A stretch of 64,000 nucleotides of DNA, taken from positions 10,106,001 to 10,170,000 of the forward strand of contig OZ024759.1 in the NCBI GenBank assembly GCA_964016885.1. The letters are read 5' to 3'. This DNA is from Eledone cirrhosa (Eukaryota). The translations under genes and the position numbers were made by a program. Shown here piece after piece: positions 1 to 12,404 of this stretch. The notes beneath the pieces are model-generated. The model was not told the DNA's origin. It saw only the letters and a list, made by a program, of their open reading frames with translations, and ran no database searches. Numbering within the stretch: position 1 is the stretch's first letter; every line of letters begins with the position of its first letter.

Positions 1-432
1 TTGGGTGTTGTTAACCACCATACCTTACTTCTAACATTGAACTATAAGTGGAACCCAAAGCAGATAGTAAATTAGCTTAGCTTAACTAAACGGTAATTCA
101 CCGGCCAACTGTGCGGAATCTACTTGTTTAATTATACTTCAAACATTTTTAAACACTCAATTTTAATTTTCTATCCCTAAAATTAACCCTAACTCTAGCT
201 TCTAAATGTTTTTAACCAAAACATTTTTCTACTTGATATGTAACTAGAACATCCTCCACTCCTGTATGTTGCATACCTTCCATGAGTGTATATAACTTAG
301 CTTGACCCAAGCAGCTTATCCCTATCTGTAACACAATACCGTCTCACTGCTGTGATATCAATAACAATTGTATATTTAGTGGAACACTCTCACAGCACGA
401 TCAATAAACAGCTATGTATGTGAAAACTTATT

Positions 433-1028
433 ATTATGCTTATTTTGGGCGGTGGATTGGCAGTATCGGTAGAGGGTCGGACGCCATGCTTTCCAGCATA
501 GTTACGTCCCTTTACGATCTGAGTTCAAATCCCGCCGAGGTTGACTTTGCCTTTCATCCTTACGGGGTCGATAAAATAAAGTACCAGTAATGTACTGGGT
601 AATTGCTGGCCTTGTGCCAAAAATAGCAACAATTATGCTTATTTTGGTGGATTGGCAAAATCGGTAGAGGGTCGGACGCCATGCTTTCCAGCATAGTTAC
701 GTCCCTTTACGATCTGAGTTCAAATCCCGCCGAGGTTGACTTTGCCTTTCATCCTTACGGGGTCGATAAAATAAAGTACCAGTAATGTACTGGGTAATTG
801 CTGGCCTTGTGCCAAAAATAGCAACAATTATGCTTATTTTGGTGGATTGGCAAAATCGGTAGAGGGTCGGACTCATGCTTTGCAGCATAGAGTTACGGCT
901 CTTTCCATTCTGAGTTCAAATCCCGTCGAAGTTAACTTTGCCTTTCATCCTTACGGGGTCGATAAAATAAAGTACCAGTAATACACTGGGTTAATTGCTG
1001 GCCTTGTGCCAAAAGTAGAAGCAATTAT
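433..1028 (+). mobile_element. Three head-to-tail copies (195-bp period) of a tRNA-derived SINE (family A)
   Basis: A-box-like GGATTGGCAGTATCGGTAG and B-box GAGTTCAAATCCC, then CCTTTCATCCTTACGGGGTCGATAAAATAAAGTACCAG. Further copies or fragments at about 6245-6405, 11800-11965, 31210-31410, 43293-43385, 49816-51376 and 53000-53150 (all minus strand). Confidence 0.8.
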
Positions 1029-1809
1029 CTGTAATACAATATTCTTCACCCGTCCTCCTTCTCCAGCCTGCTGTCTGAAGTCTGCTAGAATTAGGAGGTA
1101 GTAATGATTTGCCTGACAAACTATATATCCCCCTAACTACTTATTAAATGAGCAGGAAGATAACTTCACTCAGAGAGTAGAGAGCAGAGTAGCAACATGC
1201 TGGCCCATTCCTCTCTCAGTCAAAAACATAAACACACATTTTTCCCTCTCTTTTTTCTGTGCTTGTTTCCTTAAGGTCTACCACCATTCCGCTGGTATAC
1301 ATCTATTATGCAATGTACACCTGAAGATGTCACCGGGTTATTACACAACCTGGTCACTGAAATGTGCATAGTGTTTGCAGAAAATAAAAAATTAAGGAAC
1401 TTCAACATATTTGGCCTCCTGTCATTTCACTTTATAATACATTTACTCTGTTCCTGCACCACCACCATCATTCAACATCAAAGATGGATGCATTGTTTTT
1501 CTCGTATTACATCATGATTAACACTGCAGAATGACCAGTTCTAACCAGTGGTAAACCCCTAAATTTAAATGTATATATATCAAACCCAAGTCCACCATTT
1601 GCCTCCATCATGGATCAACTAAGCAGTCTTGCTATATTAACACATTTTGATCTGCTTATCTTCAAGAACTATGCCTGTAAATAACATTATTTTTTCTTTC
1701 ACATTGCCTTATGCTCCACATTACGCCTTCTGGTGTGAGTTACGTTTGTTGCTACCCTTCGTATTAGTGTGTGTTTGGTTATTACTCTTATTACTATTTT
1801 TCCTCAAGG

Positions 1810-3620
1810 ACATATTGTGAGAAATAATGTTGTAACTATGTGTTTTTATAGGTAGGAACTCGATCTCATTATTTGGCCTGATCTAGCTAATGCCTGATTA
1901 TAGTATTGTGAGTTTTTGCTAAATATGGTTTCGTCATAAGATAGATTAGAGATTCTATTGGATATTCCTTTAGAGATAGAGTTTAATATTGATCTAGGGT
2001 GATTAGACTTGGTATCTACGTAAATTAGTTTTTCGTTAGGTTTATGGAATGGTGTATATATTTGGACTTGGGTTTGATATATATACATTTAAATTTGGGG
2101 GTTTACCACTGGTTAGAACTGGTCATTCTGCAATGTTAATCATGATGTAATACGAGAAAAACAATGCATCCATCTTTGATGTTGAATGATGGTGGTGGTG
2201 CAGGAACAGAGTAAATGTATTATAAAGTGAAATGACAGGAGGCCAAATATGTTAAATTTCCTTAATTTTTTATTTTCTGCAAACACTATGCACATTTCAG
2301 TGACCAGGTTGTGTAATAACCTGGTGACATCTTCAGGTGTACATTTATGGAATGGTGTATATATGGTGTATATATTTTAGGTAAAGGGTAGCATCAAGGA
2401 AGTTAACGTTTTTAGTGTTTTTGTCTATGGTGATACTTAGGTTATAGTTTTTGAAAGTTTTATGCAATAGTTTCCTAGTTCTTTTTATATTAAATTTTTT
2501 ATAGTCTATAAGGAGTAGTGCATCATCGTGGTACAAACCACCATTGAGGTATGGTAGGTCCTTATGGATTTCATTTAGTAGGTATAGGCCCACCAAGTCA
2601 GTGACCTGCGCCGAGTCACTAGATCCCATGGCTATGTCAAAGTTGTTATGCGTATCTTTGCGGGTCCATAAGTGATCTTCAAAAGTGATTACGGTTTTAC
2701 GGGCCGCAAGTATGACATCCATCTGGGGTCTAGTCAGTTCACTATTGTTCATGGCCATAATTAGTGCCTTATTTAATAGGATAGGGGAAATAGAGGTGTA
2801 GTATGAATTGATATCAAACTGAATACATTTTTTATTTTTGTTCTGCTTGATATCCTTGAACCATTCAATAACTTCACCCGTATTTCCCCACTGTTTAAGG
2901 TATATTTTGTGTTTAATCTGTGGGATGATTTTATCTAAAATTTTGTTACTGATAATGCCAATGTCAGACTTGGAAGGGCAGATAAGTCTAATCGAAGAGT
3001 TACTAATGAAATCCTCCTTATGGTCCTTCAGAGAGAATCTAGGGGTTTCGGGGTGTATGGCTGTATATGTCTCTGAAGTCCCAATTTGGACACTATATTA
3101 CGGCCTTCCAAATTAATATCCTCTAGGTTTTTCATAGTAGTTTTCTTACAGCTTTTGTGTAGTTCATTATATATAAATTTTCTATATGTATTATAATCTA
3201 GGCTGTATATGTTATTAGTTTTATCTGCATGCACAATAATTTTACTACTTGTTTTGAATCCATTAAGAGAGGAATTAAGTTTGTTTAAGAAGGTGTTGTT
3301 TCTATTGCGATGCTTTTTGTATTTAATGTTCTTAACTAGTTTTATTAGGTCATTTTCAAAGGAGTTTAGTAGTGTGTTGTGAGGGGGGCTTCTAAAAGTT
3401 TTAAAGCCGAAGGAGTCGAATTTGTTAGTATCATCAATTTTGTTAGATCTGTTTTTATCATAATGGAATGTCCTCCATCTCACCCTATTGATAAAGGAGT
3501 TGACACTATTGATCAATAATTTTTCGTATGTATCTTTGGATGGTATTGGTATGTTCTTAGTTGACATAGGAAGTTGGTCTTTGATCAGCATACTGGTAAT
3601 TTAATGTATGTTAGCTCAAC
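1810..3620 (-). mobile_element. Decayed Penelope-like retroelement RT (Naiad-like), frameshifted and interrupted
   Basis: Fragments: KNIPIPS..Y...LINSVNSFINRVRWR (3028-3591); ADKTNNIY; IAMGSSDSAQVTDLVGLYLL and GGLYHDDAL (decayed YRDD catalytic motif, 2345-2758); VNFLDATL; YVDTKSNHP (1846-2061). No GIY-YIG domain visible. Confidence 0.8.
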
Positions 3621-3821
3621 AGTATGGAGCAGTTAATAATATTAAGGATACTATTTATAGTTATGTATATTTTAAACTTTTTATAGTTATGTATATTTAA
3701 ATATTACTACCTTATTACCAGTAAGATAAATAGCTCAATGTAATAACATCAGTTGTTCTACAGAGCAGTTATATAGAATTCACAAGAATCAAAGCTATGT
3801 TCAAAGCATTTATTCACTTAC

Positions 3822-4613
3822 AATTGTTTCATCCAAACCTAGGCTTGGAGTCTTCGGAGCATTTTTCAATGCTTGTACATATAATTGACCTCCTATCCAA
3901 CGCAAGAGACATACAGATATATATATATATCAATGACACATGACCGTGACTTCTGGCGTCACGCAGTAATACAGAGTACCCGACCTCCCATGGGTACAAG
4001 CTGAAGCATATAGACAATATGCCCCCACACCCCCCACCGCAAGGTGGTCGTGGAGGTGCCACGGCAAAAAAGCACCCAGCCCACACTGTAAAGTGGACGT
4101 GTAGGCGCCACGAAAAAGCACCCAGCACTCACTGTAAATGAGGTTGGTGTTAGGAAGGGCATCCAGCTGTAGAAATCAAGCCAAATCAGTTCCTGTATGA
4201 GCAAGGCATGGTCAGCCGACCAGACACTGCCCACAACAGGACAACCCGTCTAACCCATGCTAGCGTGGAAGAACGGACGTAAAACGGTGATGATGATGAT
4301 GATGATATTGATGTACAGTGGAGTGACATATATTATACTATACTATATTTGTACAGCAATTCAAATTCAAAGTCAAAATTAAAATTAAAATTAAAATACA
4401 TGCGGCAGATAACACATACTTTTTTTATCTATATAAAAAATACCCTACCTCTACAACCACGATAATACTCTTGCTTACCCGCTTAAAGTGCTTGCATTAC
4501 ATGTAACACCTTGCCAGACAATACTCGTATATAAATGGAACACACTTGCATGCACCATGTATGACTAACGCATACACTATCTACTAGATCTGATTATCGA
4601 ACTATCCTCTTGC

Positions 4614-4660
<47 letters not shown>

Positions 4661-7600
4661 ATGGAGAAAATGAAACAAAATTTCATTTCTCACTCACTCT
4701 TAGTACGGCTGTTACTTAAATATAAGTATGTATACGTACATACATATATGTATACGGACGTACAATAGTATGTATATATATACATACATGCACACATATA
4801 TATATATGTACGTATGGATTTACCAAACATTTATTATAATGCTCGGTTTGTTTGTAAACAAACATCCCGAATTAAGCCGTACAGTGTTTAGCAACCATCG
4901 TCGCCCTTTTGTTCAACACTGGCAAAGGAACGATGTACTAGTTTCAAGCTTATTAGCTATTGTCAGCACCGTATACCTTCCTGCCAGATGATTGAATGTC
5001 TGAAAGTATATACTTTCCTTATGCATATTAACGGCTGAGCAGACTAATTTGCATATCAAGTGAATTAATCGGCCGGGCGCACCGAAAACGATAAATGTTT
5101 AATGTCCATCTTCCACGCTAGCATGGGTTAGACGGAGTTGTCCCACTTTAGGCAAGGTTGGTCGGGTGACCGTGTCTCGCTCATATAGGTCTATCTGGCA
5201 GGTTTTCTATGGCGGGATGCCCTTCCTAACACCAACCACATTTATAGTGTGGAACTGGGAACTTTTTACCGTGTTACCTACATGGCCACATTACAGAGTG
5301 GACTGTGTGTTTTTGTCGTGACACCTACACGACCACATTACAGCGTGGACTGTGTGTTTTTTTCTCATGACACCTACACGGCCACATTACAGCATAGACT
5401 GTGTGTTTTTGTCGTGACACCTACACGGCCACATTACAGCATGGACTGTGAGTGTTTTTGTCGTGACACCTACACGGCCACATTACAGCGTGGATTGTGT
5501 GTTTTTGTCATGACACCTACATGGCCACATTACAGCGTGGACTGTGTGTTTTTGTCGTGACACCTACACGGCCACATTATAGCATGGACTGTGTGTTTTT
5601 GTCGTGACACCTACATGGCCACATTACAGCGTGGACTGTGTGTTTTTGTCGTCACACCTACATGGCCACATTACAGCATGGACTGTGTGTTTTTTTGTCG
5701 GGAATAGCGCCCATGGCTAGCAGTGAAATTGTGCCCCTGCCCAGCACAGTATTTTTACCTATGGAGGCCTAATAATTTATATAAATGGTTTAATGATCCT
5801 ACCACCATAGTATTTCTCACCCTTAATAATCAGAGACAGATCATACAAGTATGTATGCATTATCTGTGTTATCTGCCGCATGTATTTTAATTTTAATTTT
5901 AATTTCGACTTTGAATTTGAATTGCTGTACAAATATAGTATAGTATAATATATGTCACTCCACTGTACATCAATATATATAAATATCTATCTATCTGTAT
6001 GTCTCTTGCGTTGGATAGGAGGTCAATTATATGTACAAGCATTGAAAAATGCTCTGAAGACTTCAAGCCTAGGTTTGGATGAAACAATTGTAAGTGAATA
6101 AATGCTTTGAACATAGCTTTGATTCTTGTGAATTCTATATAACTGTAGTTACTAATAAACAAAAAAGTGGGAAGATACTTACGAAATGATCGTCTGACCA
6201 ACCATCATCTGAAATTAGGGAAAAAATATTTTTATTTATATATAATTGTTTCTGCGTTAGGCACAAGGCCAGCAATTACCCAGTGCATTACTGGTACTTT
6301 ATTTTATCGACCCCCGTAAGGATGAAAGGTAAAGTTAACCTTGGCGGGATTTGAACTCAGAAAGGCAAGGGCCGTAACTCTATACGTCAAAGCATGGCGT
6401 CCAATTATTTATATATAATAATTATACAATGTATGTATGTATATATGTATGTATGTATAAATGTGTGTATGTATGTACGTGTGTATGTATGTGTGTATGT
6501 ATGTATGTATGTATGTATAAATGTGTGTATGTATGTACATGTGTATGTATGTGTGTATGTATGTATGTATGTATAAATGTGTGTATGTATGTACGTGTGT
6601 ATGTATGTGTGTATGTATGTACGTTGGAGTGGTCACCTTGCCGGGATGAAGGATTCTAGAATACCAAAACAACTCTTTTATGGAGAGTTAGTTAAAGGAA
6701 AACGACCGCCACATAAACCAAAAAAGAGGTATAAGGATTCCTTGAAAGCCTCTCTGAAAGACGCTAACATCTCTGCTGATACATGGGAAAATATTGCTGC
6801 TGATCGTAATAAATGGAGAAAGACTGTATATGAGGGGAAAGTTGCCTTTGAGGCATCTCGAATCGCATACGAGAAAGTAAAGCGTGATGTGAGGAAGGGC
6901 ATTGCTGTTGCACTTCCAGACGGCGAGGGTCCTCCTATGGTGCTGACATGCAGCGTCTGTGCGAGACTCTGCCTAAGCAAAGCTGGACTCGAAAGTCATC
7001 TTCGCAGTCATAAAGTAAGACCAGTGGTTGACTACCAGGCTGCTACTCATCATGCTTGCCAAGCATATGGTAGAGAATGTAAATCAGCAGGAGGGCTCAA
7101 GCGACATGCAAAAGTACACAAACTCCAACCACAGCCGACTATTCCCAGTGAATGTTTTGGTTGCCGACTCTGTGCAAGACATTTTAGATCATTGGCTGGG
7201 CTAAAAAGCCACATTCGATCACAGCGCTGTTAGTTGCTATCGTGTGTGTGTGTGTGTATAGATATGTTTATGTGTGTGCGTGTATGTGTATATATATATG
7301 TATATGTATATTATTATTGTTGTTGTCGTTATTATTATTGTTGTTATTGTTATTATTGTTATTAATGTATATGTGTGTGTGTATATATGTGTGTGTATGT
7401 ATGTATATGTATGTGTATGTATATATATATGTATATATATATATACATATATATTATATATGTATGGGAGAGATGACCCCTTAGCCTTTGTCAAGGCAGA
7501 ATTCTAGGAGAAGAAAAACTCTGATATAACACCTGCAACCCTGATGGTATCCAATGATGTTGACTTGTTCTTCTTTTTGGTAAATATCATCTTGGTTAAG

Positions 7601-10600
7601 AGAGTGGGACTGGCTTTGTGCAGTGCCTTTGCTCACTATAAAAGCTTCACGGCACAGGCATTGCTTTATATCTGGATATCTCTCTGCACTTGTCGTCACA
7701 TGGTACCATGGGCCCAGCACTATGTGTCAATAATTGTCACAAGTGTAGTGTTTGTACCAGAGTTTTCAAGTCGCTGGCTGGACTAAAAAGTCACACTCGT
7801 TCAGCGCATCGGTAGGGGTTCTCCTACATGGATATAAAGTAGTGGCCGTACTCGAAAACGAGTTGGCAGCCACCATGTATGTATGTATGTATGTATGTGT
7901 GTATGTATGTGTGTATGTGTATGTGTATGTGTGTGTGCATGTATAATATAATAATGAAATTATTGTGTAAAGTGCTCAGGTGCACTACAACTCATCAAAG
8001 GTGCATGTATAGTACATAGAATAATATACAAATGTCAGGGAAGTGAATAGTGTATGAGTCATGATATGCATGTGTGTATGAAAAACTAGCATGTGACTTA
8101 TCTACTTACCCTACACGACCAGCCTTTTATAATATACAAGAGAGATATGGACGTGTGCCTTATCTATTAGACCTACACATCCTCAATTACAACATATACG
8201 GTACATTGTAAAAGTATCTAAAATGACATTCACAAATACTAAATGATGTTTATCTATAATCACCCACCCACCCCCCATTAGTAGAAACAATTATTATTAC
8301 TGTATTTCCTGGCGCCGAAGATGCTTCGTCCTCAATGACTCACCCAAACCCCGCGCCGAATATGCTTTGTCCTCGAGGATGCACCCTAACTCCGCGCCGA
8401 AGACGCTTTGTCCTCAAGGACCCACCCTAACCCAGCACCGAAGACACTTCGTCCTCGAGGACCCACCCTAACCCGGCGCCGAAGAGGCTTTGTCCACGAG
8501 AACCCACCCTAACCCAGCGCCGAAGACACTTCATCCTCGAGGACCCACCCTAACCCCGCACCGAAGACACTTTGTCCTCAAGGACCCACCCTAACCCCGC
8601 ACCGAAGACACTTTGTCCTCAAGAACCCACCCTAACCCCGCACCGAAGACACTTTGTCCTCGAGGACCCACCCTAACCCCGCACCGAAGACACTTTGTCC
8701 TCAAGGACCCACCCTAACCCAGCACCGAAGACACTTCGTCCTCAAGGACCCACCCTAACCCCGCACCGAAGACACTTTGTCCTCAAGGACCCACCCTAAC
8801 CCCGCACCGAAGACACTTTGTCCTCAAGGACCCACCCTAACCCAGCACCGAAGACACATCATCCTCAAGGACCCACCCTAACCCAGCACCGAAGACACAT
8901 CATCCTCGAGGACCCACCCTAACCCCACACCGAAGACGCTTCGTCTTTGAGGACGCATCCTAATTTTGACAACCAAAAATTTGAAAAAAAGTAATAAACA
9001 ACCTTTGGCCTCCAGATTTTTGGGACTTATTTTAGGAAAGAAGTAGAGTCTTTGATGCCAGGTAATACGGTAATAAGATATTAAAATTGCAAATAATGTC
9101 CAAAATTAGCAGCTGCTGGTTTAACCCTTTAGCATTTACATTACTCTATTGTATTTTCACAGTAAAGGCTTTACCTCACATAATATCTCACATAACATTT
9201 ACATTACTCTATATATACTATTGTATTTTCACAGTAAAGGCTTTACCTCACATAATATCTCACATAACATTTACATTACTCTAGATATACTATTGTATTG
9301 TCACAGTAAAGGCTTTACCTCACATAACATCTCACATAACATTTACATTACTCTATATATACTATTGTATTGTCACAGTAAAGGCTTTACCTCACATAAT
9401 ATCTCACATAACATTTACATTACTCTATATATACTATTGTATTGTCACAGTAAAGGCTTTACCTCACATAATACCTCACATAACATTTACATTACTCTAT
9501 ATATACTATTGTATTGTCACAGTAAAGGCTTTACCTCACATAATATCTCACATAACATTTACATTACTCTATATATACTATTGTATTGTCACAGTAAAGG
9601 CTTTACCTCACATAATATCTCACATAATATCGAATCTATGAGATTTTGAAAGTATTTATTTTGAGAACAATACCTTAACATCAGTATGAGTGGCCAGTTA
9701 CAGCCAGTTTCAACAGAAAGAGGTAGAGAATTCTGGCCAGTTTTAGCCGGTTTGAACACTAAAGGGTTAAAGAATGTGGTGTTCTAGCATGATCAAAGAC
9801 TATACTTACCACTTGATCCTCCCTGTCCCTGGGCGGGGACCATATCTTCATAGTAACTAGAAGAGAGAAAGAAAGAACTGTAGATATAGCATGAAATGGT
9901 AGTAATCACCATCAACATCATCATCATCATCACCATCAACATCATCACCACCGCTACCACCATCACCTCCATTACCATCATCACCACTGCCACCACCACC
10001 ATCAACATCATCATCACCATCACCACCATCACCACTACCACCTCCATCACCATCATCACCACCACCATCATCACCATCATCAACATCATCACCACCACTA
10101 CCATTACCATCACCACCACCACCATCATCACACCACCACCATTACCACCATCACCACCATCATCACCATCAACATCATCACCACCACCATCAGCACCACA
10201 TCATCACCATCATCACCACCAATACCTCACATAACATTTACATTACTCTATATATACTATTGTATTGTCACAGTAAAGGCTTTACCTCACATAATATCTC
10301 ACATAACATTTACATTACTTTACTAGACATGAAAAATGCGCAAGCTCAAAAGTGCCACAGAATGTTATAATAAACCTTCAAAAGTGTGGGACTAGAGTTG
10401 TTGCTAAAAAATATTGTAATCATTATATATCGTACATTCTGTGGCATCTTTTATAAAAATAGCTTAAACCAACGAAGCCTTTATTTTTACGCTATTTCAC
10501 TTAGTTAATTCTTAGAGTGTAACATATAAAAATATGATTTACAACTATAAAATAAATTAATTAATATAATAACAGAGCTGCGGAGCTGAAATTTAGGAAA

Positions 10601-12356
10601 TAATGGAGTATCGGATCCTGAGTTGGAGCCAGTCAATTTTTGGCCGACTCGAAACCTATTTTACACTTCATGCAAATTACCACGAGATATTGATATTAGA
10701 TATAAGATACAGCGCAATATCTACAGCTGTAAAAGTACGAAAGCGAAGTAATAATAAGTGGCTTAAGGTAATTCCAATATGAAAGTTTGTAGTGATAAAA
10801 ATTTGATAATGCAATACGATTGTTAATATTATAGTTCTATGAAAATGTAACAATAGATAACTAAATTATTTTACTATTAGTATATTTAAGAAATTATCAT
10901 TATAGATTTGATCGTTCATATAAGCATCATATTAAGTTTCAACACAATTATTTTGTTACTATGAGTATATGATAATAATATTACGTAATTATTTATAGCT
11001 GTTATTACATTAAACATAGATGTATTTATTTTTATATGTTACACTCTAAGAATTAACTAAGTGAAATAGCGTAAAAATAAAGGCTTCGTTGGTTTAAGCT
11101 ATTTTTATAAAGGATGCCACAGAATGTACGATATATAATGATTACAATATTTTTTAGCAACAACTCTAGTCCCACACTTTTGAAGGTTTATTATAACATT
11201 CTGTGGCACTTTTGAGCTTGCGTATTTTTCATGTCTAGTTTAATATTTTTTTAAGGCAACGCTTGTAATAACTCTAGTTAAACAGGATATATATTAATAA
11301 TAAATTATCGTTGTAATGTAATTAGATTATGTAATTGTTATTATAAATTATCTTATAAATATTAGTGTAAGATGTATAAAAATATTTTCAGACTTTTAAT
11401 ATAAACAACTACAAAAAACAATCAATATTAAATCAATATATTATACATAATAGAAAACATAAAATATACAATACAAAAACAAAATATTTACATACAATTG
11501 CAATTATCAGTGTATATACATTTTCTTTATATTCCCTGAGCAAATTAATAAGATTTGTTTTTATTGTACATAATTTGATGACTTGTTGGAGTGTATTAAA
11601 AGATAGCAACAATTTGTGATTAAATTGTTATCTTTAGCAACTCACTTTTTAATAGTTGTTGGCTGAGCGAAATTGTAAAAGCCTATGAGCAAATATAAAA
11701 AAAAATACACAAACAACATTTCCTTGTGTTATTACAACATTAGATAAAATAATTGAGCAATGTCGTTATATTTTGCTCTTATTGCACATTAATAGTGTTT
11801 CTATTTTTCGGCACAAATCCATTACGGCAGTCCATTACTGGTACTTTATTTTATCGAATTAGTAAGTATGAAAGTCGAAGTTAACCTCGGCAGGATTTGA
11901 ACTTAGAATGCAAAGGACCATAACAATACTGCAAAGCATGGTGTCTGACGCTCTACCAATACTTGTGTTGAGCTGGTCATTAATTTATGGTGGTCGTGCG
12001 TGGAGTAGAGCAATCGCTAGTTGAAATATTATGAACAAAACATTTTTATTTGCCGAAGAACATATTTTCAATACTGTTTGTGAATGTGACGAAGGAAATA
12101 CATTCTGATATGGAACAGTGTACAAAGTGTGTCTGTGAATAACATAATGTTACCTCATGTTGTTGTCAAGACATAATGGATTTCGTATATCCAGTTAGAA
12201 GATGAAACCTAGCCATCTCGGATTAGTTATATTTCATGCCATGTGTAAACGTGTTTGAGGATAGCAAAATATGCGCGTTAATTATAATAATTAGTTAATA
12301 ATATTACAAAATATACCTAATTAAACTCTTTGCTTGAAATTTTATCATTCTTCGTT

Positions 12357-12404
<48 letters not shown>

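Noticed and set aside
449-535. tRNA gene
   Set aside because: A and B boxes are present but no cloverleaf; it is the head of a multi-copy SINE.
4977-4999. Possible 23-bp minus-strand micro-exon
   Set aside because: Weak donor, and its length would break the frame of the candidate exon chain.
6577-7233. Host C2H2 zinc-finger gene
   Set aside because: The fingers are in frame with RTE ORF2 motifs and the ORF start is a microsatellite.
8340-8960. Interstitial telomere
   Set aside because: Only one CCCTAA per 41-bp unit inside a MITE, not tandem (TTAGGG)n.
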